Assembly: GCA_963674755.2 (NCBI GenBank)
Contig: CAXXVS010000002.1
Location: 2,080,001 to 2,144,000, forward strand
Source: Desulfobacterales bacterium
Lineage (GTDB): Bacteria; Desulfobacterota; Desulfobacteria; Desulfobacterales; UBA5852
Direction of reading: 5' to 3'
Length of the DNA stretch: 64,000 nucleotides
Translations under genes and position numbers: made by a program
Notes under the pieces: generated by a model
What the model saw: only the letters and a program-made list of their open reading frames with translations
Told to the model about the DNA's origin: nothing
Databases searched by the model: none
Shown: positions 7,300-16,265 of the stretch, piece by piece
Layout: each line of letters opens with the position of its first letter
How positions within the stretch are numbered: position 1 is the first letter of the stretch

Positions 7300-7352
7300 A
7301 TCATAAAACAAAAAAGGGGAGGTGCCACCGAATCAGCAGTCGGATCCGCTAA
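7300..7352 (-). promoter_or_regulatory. Conserved upstream element / putative leaderless sigma70 promoter, copy 2
   Basis: GTGGCA-17-TATGAT-5 nt-ATG, no SD; CGGATCCG at 7341-7348. Confidence 0.65.
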
Positions 7353-7560
7353 TCCGAATCGAGACTAAGAAGCGGGCTTGACGTACCATCATTGGTACGG
7401 GTGCCATTCTGGGACTAAAAACCCTCTGGGGCTATATCACTGTAAGGGTTGCCCAATAGGGCGAGAACAGAGCGAGAATGAGGGAATGCCTATGGGCATC
7501 CTCCTTTTTTATGGGGAAAGTGGTGAGAACAGAATGAGAATAAGTCTTCCCAGAAGCAAC

Positions 7561-7594
7561 TCAGGGGGTCAGGCTTTGTTGCCTAACCCCCTGA
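7561..7594 (-). terminator. Inverted repeat just downstream of tRNA-Leu (terminator/att-flank type)
   Basis: TCAGGGGGTCAGGC-TTTGTT-GCCTAACCCCCTGA. Confidence 0.55.
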
Positions 7595-7601
7595 TTTTAT
7601 T

Positions 7602-7689
7602 TGGTGCCGGAGGGGAGAATCGAACTCCCACGAGCGCAAGGCTCACCAGATTTTGAGTCTGGCGCGTCTACCAATTTCACCACTCCGGC
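7602..7689 (-). tRNA. tRNA-Leu(CAA)
   Basis: GCCGGAG acceptor stem, CCAGA-CTCAAAA-TCTGG anticodon arm, long variable arm, GTTCGATTC, encoded CCA. Confidence 0.97.
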
Positions 7690-7820
7690 CGAAATGAGTG
7701 CTATTCCATAGACAACCTGCCGGTGATTGTCAACCCAAACTCCACCCGTCGGGGCAAAACGTCGTTGCTGGTGTAGGTTGAGCAGCAGGGCGGTGGAAAC
7801 CGTCCTGAGGACGACGCCGC

Positions 7821-8471
7821 TTACGGTCCCGCAACAGGGCCATCGATAATAGTGCGAATGGCGTCCACCTTCACGGCCCCTTCGCGCAGAATCCGCACCA
7901 CATCGGGTTGCACATCGACCACGGTGGACCCGATGCCCGGCAGCAGCGGGCCGGCATCCAGAACCAGATCCGCGGCAGCCAGAATGGCCGGCTGGAGGTC
8001 TTCGATACGGCGACATCCCGGATGACCCGATAGATTGGCGCTGCTGGCAGTGATCGGTCTTCCCAGGGCGCGAACGAGGTGGCGGCTCACAGGATGCGCG
8101 ACAAGACGGATGCCGATACGGCCCGTGCCACCCATGAGGGCTTCCGGTAAAAGCGGTCCGGCCGGCAAGACGATCGTCAGCTTGCCGGGCCAGAAGGCAT
8201 GCATCAGGGCCGTCGCCCGGGCATCGATCCCCCGGGCATAGATCCCTGCCTCCGCGGGCGATGCCACCAGAATCAACAGGGGCTGCTGCCTCGGACGCTG
8301 TTTGGCCGTAAAGACACGCTCGACGGCCCGGGGGTTGAGAGCATCCACGCCCAGGCCGTAAAGATGCCGCGTGGGGAGAACCACCATACCGCCCCGGTCA
8401 AGACGATGAATCGCCTCTCGAATCAGGACGGGATCCGGACCAAGCGGATCGATGAAACGGATTTTACTCAA
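7821..8471 (-). CDS. tsaC: L-threonylcarbamoyladenylate synthase (Sua5/YrdC)
   Basis: PT..YGLG, KQRP, FWPGKLT, SSANLSG, STVVD. Confidence 0.92.
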   Translation of the reverse strand: MSKIRFIDPLGPDPVLIREAIHRLDRGGMVVLPTRHLYGLGVDALNPRAVERVFTAKQRPRQQPLLILVASPAEAGIYARGIDARATALMHAFWPGKLTIVLPAGPLLPEALMGGTGRIGIRLVAHPVSRHLVRALGRPITASSANLSGHPGCRRIEDLQPAILAAADLVLDAGPLLPGIGSTVVDVQPDVVRILREGAVKVDAIRTIIDGPVAGP

Positions 8472-10236
8472 CCCGCTGAAGCGCTTGAGCCTTGCGTTCG
8501 ACCTGACGGGCCATCTCCGCCCGGTGGACCGTCAATCGCGCTGCCAGGTCGGGATCGGAAAGGGCCAGGATCTGAACCGCCAGCAGGCCGGCATTTTTGG
8601 CGCCCGGCTTGCCCACCGCCATGGTGGCCACCGGAATCCCCGGCGGCATCTGGACCGTCGACAGCAGCGCATCCAACCCCTGCAGGCAGGAGGAATCGAT
8701 AGGCACGCCGATGACGGGCAGGGTCGACTGGGCCGCCATGGCCCCGGCCAGATGGGCGGCGTGCCCCGCACCCGCGATGATAACCTTGATCCCTTTGTCC
8801 GGTGCGCTGCGGGCCCATGCTGCGGCCCGCTCGGGCGTCCGGTGGGCCGAGGCGACGGTGATCTCATAGGGTACGTGGAATTTCTTGAGCATGGCCACGG
8901 CCCCGTTCATCACGGCCAGATCGGAATCGCTGCCCATCACGATGCCCACGGCCGGCTGCTGCTGAAAACGCCGTAGCGCCTTCTGTCCGATATCCGTGCG
9001 GTAGTGAACCTTTCGCCATGTGATCTTCTCCACCGCCTGGTAGGCCCTGTGGATGGCTTTCTCGACGGTGTCTCCCAAAGCGGTAACGCCCAGAACGCGC
9101 CCGCCATTGGCCACGACCTTCTTGTCCTTGGTTCCGGTGCCTGCATGGAAAACCATCACATCCCTCATGCGCCGGACGGCATCAAGGCCGCTGATGGGAA
9201 AGCCCTTGCCATATTTGCCTGGGTACCCGCCGGAGGCCATGACCACGCAAACCGTGGCCCGGGAATCGATCTCCATCCGGCACTGGTCCAGCCGTCCCTC
9301 GATGATGGCCAGCATAAGGGGCACGATATCGCTCTTGACGCGCATCAGCAGCGGCTGTGCTTCAGGATCCCCCAGGCGGGCGTTGAACTCCAGGACCCCG
9401 ATCTTGTCGCCGTCGATCATCAAACCCGCATACAGGAAACCTTTATAGGGCCGACCCTCCGCCGCCATGCCCTTGACGGTGGGAATCATGACTTCCTTCA
9501 TGATGCGTTCGTGCAGATAGCGGTCCACGATGGGCGCCGGCGAGTAGGCCCCCATGCCCCCGGTATTGGGCCCTTTATCCCCGTCGAAAACCGCCTTGTG
9601 ATCCTGCGAAGAGGGCAGCGGCAAAACGGTTTTGCCGTCCGTAAAGGCAATGAAGGACGCTTCCTCGCCCACCAGGCATTCTTCGACCACCGCTTTGTTA
9701 CCGGCCACCCCGAACTCTTTTTTCACCATGACCCGATCCAAGGCCTCCAGGGCCTCCTTTTCGGTCTGGCAGACAATCACCCCTTTGCCGGCCGCCAGGC
9801 CGTCGGCTTTGACGACGACCGGCGCTCCCATTTTCTTGATATAGGAGCGCGCCGCCTGAACACGTGTAAAGGTCTCTCCCTTGGCGGTGGGAACCCCGTA
9901 TTTCTCCATAATGTATTTGGAAAAGGATTTGCTGGCTTCCAGTTCCGCGGCTTTCTGCGAGGCCCCAAAAATTTTAAGGCCCTCGGCCTCGAAGATGTCG
10001 ACCACCCCCTTGGCCAGCGGCGCCTCGGGTCCGCAAATGGTCAGGTCGATGTCCTCGCTTTGGGCAAAGGCCAGCAGAGCCGGTACATCTTCGGCATCGA
10101 TGGGCACGCAGGTTGCTATGGTTGCGATACCGGCATTGCCGGGGGCACAGAATACTTTCTTGACCAGGGGACTTTGAGCAACTTTCCACACATAAGCATG
10201 CTCCCTGCCGCCGCTGCCGATCACCAGCACTTTCAT
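8464..10236 (-). CDS. purD-purE: Fused phosphoribosylamine-glycine ligase / N5-CAIR mutase
   Basis: GSGGREHA, KADGLAAGKGV, NTGGMGAYSP, then in-frame MGSDSDL, SAHRTP, VQMPPGIPVAT. Confidence 0.96.
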   Translation of the reverse strand: MKVLVIGSGGREHAYVWKVAQSPLVKKVFCAPGNAGIATIATCVPIDAEDVPALLAFAQSEDIDLTICGPEAPLAKGVVDIFEAEGLKIFGASQKAAELEASKSFSKYIMEKYGVPTAKGETFTRVQAARSYIKKMGAPVVVKADGLAAGKGVIVCQTEKEALEALDRVMVKKEFGVAGNKAVVEECLVGEEASFIAFTDGKTVLPLPSSQDHKAVFDGDKGPNTGGMGAYSPAPIVDRYLHERIMKEVMIPTVKGMAAEGRPYKGFLYAGLMIDGDKIGVLEFNARLGDPEAQPLLMRVKSDIVPLMLAIIEGRLDQCRMEIDSRATVCVVMASGGYPGKYGKGFPISGLDAVRRMRDVMVFHAGTGTKDKKVVANGGRVLGVTALGDTVEKAIHRAYQAVEKITWRKVHYRTDIGQKALRRFQQQPAVGIVMGSDSDLAVMNGAVAMLKKFHVPYEITVASAHRTPERAAAWARSAPDKGIKVIIAGAGHAAHLAGAMAAQSTLPVIGVPIDSSCLQGLDALLSTVQMPPGIPVATMAVGKPGAKNAGLLAVQILALSDPDLAARLTVHRAEMARQVERKAQALQRVE

Positions 10237-10305
10237 ATAAACCTCCCCTCGCTCGTCGCTATTGGTTGCAATTAACCGCTCGCCCCCAAGGGCGGACGAC
10301 CCGCC

Positions 10306-11262
10306 TCAGGCGGCCCCTCCCCGCTTGGAGCGCCCTTCCAGACTGAGCGCAATCAACCGGTCCAGCAATCGGGTAAAATCCATCCCCGCTTTGGCCGCCG
10401 CCTGAGGAAACAGGCTGGTGGCAGTCATGCCGGGAATGGTATTGGTTTCCAGGACATAGATCTCATCCTGTTGAATAATCATGTCCGTGCGACTGTAACC
10501 GCGGCAAAAAAGCGCCTCATGGGCTTGGATGGCGCATCGCTGGGCCTTTTCCGTAAGGATGTCATTGATGCGTGCCGGGCAGATTTCTTCAGTTTCACCG
10601 GCCGAATATTTGGCCTGGTAGTTAAAAAAAGCATGCCCCATGCCGGGGATGATTTCAATCAACGGCAGGGCCTCCGGATCGTCGTTGCCCAGTACGCCGC
10701 CGGTTACTTCGGTCCCTTCCATATACTGCTCCAAAAGCACCTCGCGGTCGAACTTAAAGGCCTCTTCAACGGCTTCCCGGAGTTCCTTTTCCGAATGGGC
10801 GATCGCCATGCCGATGCTGGAACCTCCGGCCACAGGCTTAACGACGATGGGCAGCCCCAGATGTTGGACGCAGCCCCCCAGCTCCGGCAGGGGACCGCGG
10901 CGGACAAGGCAATAAGGCGGCACTTTGAGCCCGGCATGTTCATAGAGGCGCTTGGCGACCAGCTTGTTCATCGCGACGGCGCTGCCCAGCACGCCGGCCC
11001 CCTGGTATGGGATGTCGAGCAGATCCAGCAGGCCCTGGATCGTGCCGTCCTCTCCGAAGGGGCCGTGCAGGATCACCAGTGCGGCATCAATGTTGTCGGC
11101 ATGGGCCACCAGGTCGGGCAAGTCGGTTTGCGGGTCGTAGCGCTTAATATCGTAGCGCGTCTTGTCGAGGGCCTCATAGACTTGCTGACCGCTGTTGAGT
11201 GAGACGTCTCTCTCCGAGGAAATTCCTCCTGACAGCAAAGCAATCTTGAGTTTTTTCATCAC
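10306..11262 (-). CDS. ddl: D-alanine--D-alanine ligase
   Basis: GGISSER.VSL.SG, LHGPFGEDG, GSSIG, ETNTIPGMT. Confidence 0.96.
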   Translation of the reverse strand: MMKKLKIALLSGGISSERDVSLNSGQQVYEALDKTRYDIKRYDPQTDLPDLVAHADNIDAALVILHGPFGEDGTIQGLLDLLDIPYQGAGVLGSAVAMNKLVAKRLYEHAGLKVPPYCLVRRGPLPELGGCVQHLGLPIVVKPVAGGSSIGMAIAHSEKELREAVEEAFKFDREVLLEQYMEGTEVTGGVLGNDDPEALPLIEIIPGMGHAFFNYQAKYSAGETEEICPARINDILTEKAQRCAIQAHEALFCRGYSRTDMIIQQDEIYVLETNTIPGMTATSLFPQAAAKAGMDFTRLLDRLIALSLEGRSKRGGAA

Positions 11263-11320
11263 ACGGATTCCTTTGGGCTTGGCGGTGGGTGATCGGCTGC
11301 CATCCTGTCGGCAGCGGCTA

Positions 11321-11806
11321 TCAGGACCGGAAGATTTTTTGCTTGGCTTTTTCGTATTCGTCGGGCGTGATCAAGCCGCTTTGCAGTAGCCGCGCCAGTT
11401 CCGTAAGTTCCTGAACCTGTGGATCGCCCGTCCACTCCAATTGCTGGGAATCTTCCGAACGGGGGTGATCCAGCAGAGGAGGACCATTCGACTGGCCCAC
11501 GCGAAATTGCGCCAATCCGCCCAGCAGCGATATTTCGACGGTTTTGTTTCTGAAAAAGGGGGAATTCAGCGTATCCCGCAAACTGCGCCCCTCGGTCTTC
11601 AGACGCCGAAAAAACCAGAAGCCGGACGCCAGAATGGCCAGGCCTCCGAAAAGGACGATCCATATCATGTACTGGACGATGCCGCGGAAGAAAAATACCA
11701 GAAATCCCAAACCGACCAGTAAAATGACATGCAGAATTAAAATTAGGTAGGCCATCATGACGCTCTTCATGACGCCGTCACCATCGTTTTTTTTAAACAT
11801 GGGCAT
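11321..11806 (-). CDS. Two-TM membrane protein with C-terminal SHOCT domain
   Basis: Two hydrophobic helices; ELTELARLLQSGLITPDEYEKAKQKI. Confidence 0.8.
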   Translation of the reverse strand: MPMFKKNDGDGVMKSVMMAYLILILHVILLVGLGFLVFFFRGIVQYMIWIVLFGGLAILASGFWFFRRLKTEGRSLRDTLNSPFFRNKTVEISLLGGLAQFRVGQSNGPPLLDHPRSEDSQQLEWTGDPQVQELTELARLLQSGLITPDEYEKAKQKIFRS

Positions 11807-11954
11807 GTGGCTCTAAATCATCTCGCACGGCAGCGTCCCCTGAGGGGGGAGCACCGTTGGAGAGTGGAATATCTTGAAAAATAAAGGTGAAGCACGCGCT
11901 GGGTCGCGGATTGGCGTGATGTCCGGTCAAGATGGGGCGACGGTTCCGAAGCGC

Positions 11955-12341
11955 CTATTTGGGAGCATCCTTTTCCAACCTTCCCAGCAGTTGGTCGGCG
12001 TAGTACTGGGGCACCTCCAAGGCGGCCGACCCCCTTCGCATGGTGTTCAATTTCAGGATGAGATAGTTGAGTTTCTGCATCGTCCGATAGCGCTCGGCCG
12101 TATCCTTCATGCCGGCCAGCAGGTCTTCGGTGCGGCGAATTTCCTTTTTCACTTCTATCTCGGGGGGCAGGCAATCCGCATTTTTGAGGATGCGGTAGGA
12201 CAGTCGCAAATCCTCGGCAACCGAGTCGCCGATCACATCTTTGGGCAGAGGCTTTCCGGCACCGGCCAAATTATCGAACAGGCCGCGCCTCTGCGCTTTG
12301 CGGATGCGCTCCTCAACAACCTTTTCAAATCCGGTAAACAT
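11955..12341 (-). CDS. DUF1992 (DnaJ-associated) domain protein
   Basis: EERIRKAQ.RG.FDNL.G.GKPL, YRILKNA.CLPPE. Confidence 0.88.
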   Translation of the reverse strand: MFTGFEKVVEERIRKAQRRGLFDNLAGAGKPLPKDVIGDSVAEDLRLSYRILKNADCLPPEIEVKKEIRRTEDLLAGMKDTAERYRTMQKLNYLILKLNTMRRGSAALEVPQYYADQLLGRLEKDAPK

Positions 12342-12698
12342 GGAGCCCTTCCATATATAATATTAGACGTGGTTGATCATCCACGATCCTGCCACCGGCC
12401 GTGGCCAATTAATATAATACATGGTCCGGCGGATGATCAAGATCTAAAGCCGCCGCTACACAAGGGCGGCAATGAAATGCCTGGGAGGACAGCGGCTGGG
12501 TTTCCGGACTGATTGTGGAGGGATTGAGACGCAAGAAGGATGCGCACCTGCCAACGCGAATACGATCGCTTTTCTTATTTCCGATCTCTTTAATATGACG
12601 TGCCCCACTATTTTTTTTAAATTGGGGGATCTATGGCGGGATGTCAATCGATTCCGAGGCGTTTCGGCAATCAATGGTCCAACGGAGATCGACAACAA

Positions 12699-12730
12699 GA
12701 AAGGCTGCAATCCTAAAGAATTGCAGCCTG
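12699..12730 (-). terminator. Terminator after tRNA-Met
   Basis: AGGCTGCAAT...ATTGCAGCCT inverted repeat with a T-rich tail on the minus strand. Confidence 0.6.
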
Positions 12731-12741
12731 TTCCGATCTAG

Positions 12742-12818
12742 TGGTGGCGATGCAGGGACTTGAACCCCGGACACTGCGGATATGAGCCGCATGCTCTGAC
12801 CAGCTGAGCTACATCGCC
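12742..12818 (-). tRNA. tRNA-CAT, most likely elongator tRNA-Met
   Basis: GGCGATG acceptor stem fully paired (not initiator), TGCGG-CTCATAT-CCGCA anticodon arm, GTTCAAGTC, CCA; Ile2 not fully excluded. Confidence 0.93.
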
Positions 12819-12869
12819 GTGAAAAAGCAGCCTATTAGCAAGTCCGTCCCCCGAAGTCAAGCGCAAAGA

Positions 12870-15743
12870 TTATTTGGCGACCACCGGCAGGGAACCGGAA
12901 ATTTCCACGGCAAACTCCTGCAGTTCGATATCGGGTGGCAGGTCACCGAATACGACCATGAAAGGGACTTCCTGTCCGGGGGCCACGTTGACGTTCGTGT
13001 TGTCCAAGCCCATACGATTGTTCAATTTCTGCTGAATGTCGGCCAGGGGCAGGCTGGCCAGCTCGTCGGTCGGAACGATATTCCCGCAATAGGCCTTGGC
13101 CGCACGCTGAAACTTGCGGCCGTTGGCATAAACGCGGCCGGTCACCCGTATGTAGCTGCGGGAGCTCTTGTAGTCGTTTTTCACGCGTCCTTGAATAATG
13201 TAAAGGCGGCCGACCTGCTGATTCTGAACCCATTCCCCTTTAAGGGAGCTCTCTACCGGCAGAATCGCTTGATTGGACGGGCTGCCGAGATATTGTCCGA
13301 TGAAGGGTATTCCGGAGAGATCCGGCATTTTGATTTCTGGCAGTTTAATACCTGTATACTTCGGCAGGAGATAACCCGCCCCTCCAAGCAGAACTAAAAT
13401 AAAGAGAAGTACCAGGCCTTTGCTCGATTTCTTCTTCCGCTTCATGGGCGGCGCTGGTTTGATTGGCTTCGTCTCCATTGGCGGTGCGGCCATGGTCTGG
13501 GTGTCGGCCGCCGCCATTTCATCCATGAGTTCCTGTGTCAGATCCCGGTCATGCGGACGGCCTGGTTGGCCGGCAGCCACGGCAATCGGTTCCGAAAGGG
13601 TGTCCGCCGAAATATCTTCGGCATCGAGATCAAGGTCGACCTCCTCCACGGCAAGGTCGTCATCCATGATCTCAAAATCGAGGTCGCCCTCAATATCCTT
13701 GGCATCTGCCTCCCCTCCGCCACTGCCCGTAAGGTCAAGACCGAGGTCCTCCGACTCGGAGGTATCGAACAACGCCGAAGCTTGGGCCGGTTCCTCATCC
13801 AACATGTCGAATTCGAGATCCAGATCGTCGCTTTCCTCGGTCGACGGCTGAAGTTCGAAGTCGAGATCCAGATCGTCCATATCGTCATCGGCAGCCGTAG
13901 GGGAATCGGTGGTATCTTCCACATCCAGCATCTTTTCAAGTTCGGAAAGATCCAGAGCGGCATCTGCGTCGGTGGTCTCTTCGTCTGTTTCCTCGGCCTC
14001 CTCTGCGGGCGACGCCACGCTGCCCATATCCAAATCGAGGTCGAGGTCGAGGTCTTCGGATGGTGAGGCTTCCTCGGCCGTATCTTCGCCGACCCCGTCC
14101 ATCTCCAGAATTTTCTCGATGTCATTCAGATCGAGTTCGCGCGTGGCGTCATCCATATCATCGTCGCCACCCTCATCCAGGCTGTCGAGATCGATGTCGA
14201 GCTCCAGGCTGTCGGAGGGCAGATCATCTCCCTCTCCGGAGCTATCTTCCATTCCTTCAAGCAGGGATTCCAGCTCATCGACTTCCAGCTCGCGGGTTTC
14301 TTCGGCAATATCCTCTGTCGATCGAGAGGCTTCCGGGCTATCCGCCAACGCGTCGTCCTCCAGGAAAAGATCGAGTTCATCGGCCCCGTCCTTTCCGGTG
14401 TCATCAAGATCCATCTCCAGCTTGAGTTCGGGCGCTTCGGCTTCCTCGACAGCATCGGCCGCCTTGTCGGGGCTTTCGTCAAGGGCTTGGCTCAAATCGG
14501 AAAAATCGAGTTCCGGCAGTGCCTCTTCATCGGAAGGCATCGCGGTAGCGTCATCCTCCTCCAAGGACAACGCCAGGTCGCCTAAATCATCCGGCTCACC
14601 CTGCTGCCCTTCCGGGGTAGCCTCTTCCAAATCAAGATCAAGTTCGAGTTCTTGATCCTCTTCGTCGGGCTCATCGTCTTCGTCGGGCTCATCGTCACTC
14701 GACGCAAAATCGGCTTCGAGCTCGGAGAAATCCAGCTCCTCGGTTTCCTCAAGCGGCACGTCCCCAGCGTCATCTTCATCGAAAATGCCGTCAAGTCCGG
14801 GGGCCAACTCGAAATCCAGATCCAAGTCATCACCGGCATCACCTGCGGCCGACCCTTCCTCAGCCTCCGGGGCATCACTGATTTCGGACACCCCGATTTC
14901 CTCGGTTTCTTCGAGAAGGGGCTCCCGGCCGTCGTCTTTCAAAAGATCTTCCAGGTTGGAATCCAGATCCAGATTGATTTCATCCGCAACGGGAGAGGCC
15001 TCCTCCTGCGCCCCGACCCCGGCCTCTGGCTCAATCCCGCCGATCGACTCTTCCACGGCAGCGATTTCATCACCCAGTCCGGTATCCTCCTCCAGGAGAT
15101 GCTCAAGATCTTCCAGATCGAGATCCAGCTCTTCAATGACGCTGTCTTCCTCCTCGATCGCTCCGATTCCGGCATCATCCGGTAGGCTTTCCCCGAAATC
15201 GAGCTCTTCGGAATCCACCGCCTCACGGCCCTGTTGCGCCCCGGGTGAGTCACCTTCGGCGTCGAGCATTTTTTCGAGATCAGCCAGATTGAGCTCTTCT
15301 GTCTTGAAATCCTCTTCGGGCGACGGGCGCGACGACGGGCTCTCGTCCTCGCTCAGCAACTGGTCCAGCTCATCGAGATTGATCTCATCGGTCACCAGGT
15401 CGTCATCTTCGGACAGCGCTTCCCCGATTTCTTCATCCGCAAAGAATTTGAGCTCCGGCGGCGCCGCTTCTGGGAGGTCTGTTTCTTGGGCGCCATCTTC
15501 CGCCAAACCCGCTGCAACCGCCCCCAAAACAGCACCTGTTGCTGCAAGACCTGCCGCTCCCGCCGCCGTGCCATCGTCGTCAGGCTCAAGGCGTCCCCTG
15601 GTCGAAGTCTCCGGAGGAAACGCCACCCAAATATTCTGACACAGGGAGCAGCGCACCTTTGAGCCGGTCCCTTTCAGTAACGTTTCATCCAAATTGAAAC
15701 TGGTACTGCATTTCTGGCAGGTAAGAATCATGACACACCCCAA
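12870..15743 (-). CDS. MJ0042-type zinc-ribbon / DUF3426 bitopic membrane protein with a very long acidic linker
   Basis: CQKC...KVRCSLC N-terminus, about 700 aa D/E-rich repeats, basic patch plus TM helix, C-terminal PGQEVPFMVVF domain. Confidence 0.85.
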   Translation of the reverse strand: MGCVMILTCQKCSTSFNLDETLLKGTGSKVRCSLCQNIWVAFPPETSTRGRLEPDDDGTAAGAAGLAATGAVLGAVAAGLAEDGAQETDLPEAAPPELKFFADEEIGEALSEDDDLVTDEINLDELDQLLSEDESPSSRPSPEEDFKTEELNLADLEKMLDAEGDSPGAQQGREAVDSEELDFGESLPDDAGIGAIEEEDSVIEELDLDLEDLEHLLEEDTGLGDEIAAVEESIGGIEPEAGVGAQEEASPVADEINLDLDSNLEDLLKDDGREPLLEETEEIGVSEISDAPEAEEGSAAGDAGDDLDLDFELAPGLDGIFDEDDAGDVPLEETEELDFSELEADFASSDDEPDEDDEPDEEDQELELDLDLEEATPEGQQGEPDDLGDLALSLEEDDATAMPSDEEALPELDFSDLSQALDESPDKAADAVEEAEAPELKLEMDLDDTGKDGADELDLFLEDDALADSPEASRSTEDIAEETRELEVDELESLLEGMEDSSGEGDDLPSDSLELDIDLDSLDEGGDDDMDDATRELDLNDIEKILEMDGVGEDTAEEASPSEDLDLDLDLDMGSVASPAEEAEETDEETTDADAALDLSELEKMLDVEDTTDSPTAADDDMDDLDLDFELQPSTEESDDLDLEFDMLDEEPAQASALFDTSESEDLGLDLTGSGGGEADAKDIEGDLDFEIMDDDLAVEEVDLDLDAEDISADTLSEPIAVAAGQPGRPHDRDLTQELMDEMAAADTQTMAAPPMETKPIKPAPPMKRKKKSSKGLVLLFILVLLGGAGYLLPKYTGIKLPEIKMPDLSGIPFIGQYLGSPSNQAILPVESSLKGEWVQNQQVGRLYIIQGRVKNDYKSSRSYIRVTGRVYANGRKFQRAAKAYCGNIVPTDELASLPLADIQQKLNNRMGLDNTNVNVAPGQEVPFMVVFGDLPPDIELQEFAVEISGSLPVVAK

Positions 15744-15746
15744 CGG

Positions 15747-16265
15747 TTATAATTTCAAGTGATAGACTTCCGGCAGGTTGCGATAAAACTCGGCATAATC
15801 AAGCCCGTAACCCACGAGAAACCCTTTATCAACCGTATGGCAGGCATAGTCCACGGTCACGTCAGCCTCCCGTCTTTCCCGTTTGTCAATCAAGGCACAG
15901 ATGCGGACCGAAGCCGCCCCGGAAGATTTCAGGTAGTCCACCAGATAGGAAAGGGTCAGTCCCGTATCCACGATATCTTCGACAATCAGCACATCTTTGT
16001 TGTTTATATCGATTTCCACGTCTTTGGACAATTTAATCCGCCCGGAAGATGCTGTTTGGTCCCCATAGCTCGAGGCACACATGAAATCGACTTTCACAGG
16101 GATGGATAACTGGCGGATCAGATCGGACAGGAAAATAAAGGCGCCCTTTAAAATGCCGATGAGGATCAATTCACGGTCCTTATAATCGGCTGAGATGACT
16201 TGGGCGATACGACGAACCTGGATCTCAATCTCTTCTTTCGTGAGTACCGGAATAAATTCAGACAT
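15747..16265 (-). CDS. hpt: Hypoxanthine phosphoribosyltransferase
   Basis: ILKGAFIF, SSYG, VLIVEDIVDTGLTL, FLVGYGLDY. Confidence 0.96.
   Translation of the reverse strand: MSEFIPVLTKEEIEIQVRRIAQVISADYKDRELILIGILKGAFIFLSDLIRQLSIPVKVDFMCASSYGDQTASSGRIKLSKDVEIDINNKDVLIVEDIVDTGLTLSYLVDYLKSSGAASVRICALIDKRERREADVTVDYACHTVDKGFLVGYGLDYAEFYRNLPEVYHLKL

Larger units (their letters stand above)
1450..7600. mobile_element. Decayed accessory island at the tRNA-Leu(CAA) 3' end, no integrase; left border approximate
   Basis: Visibly more AT-rich than its flanks; gene fragments, duplicated modules and short hypothetical genes; abuts the tRNA 3' end. No att duplication found. Confidence 0.6.
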
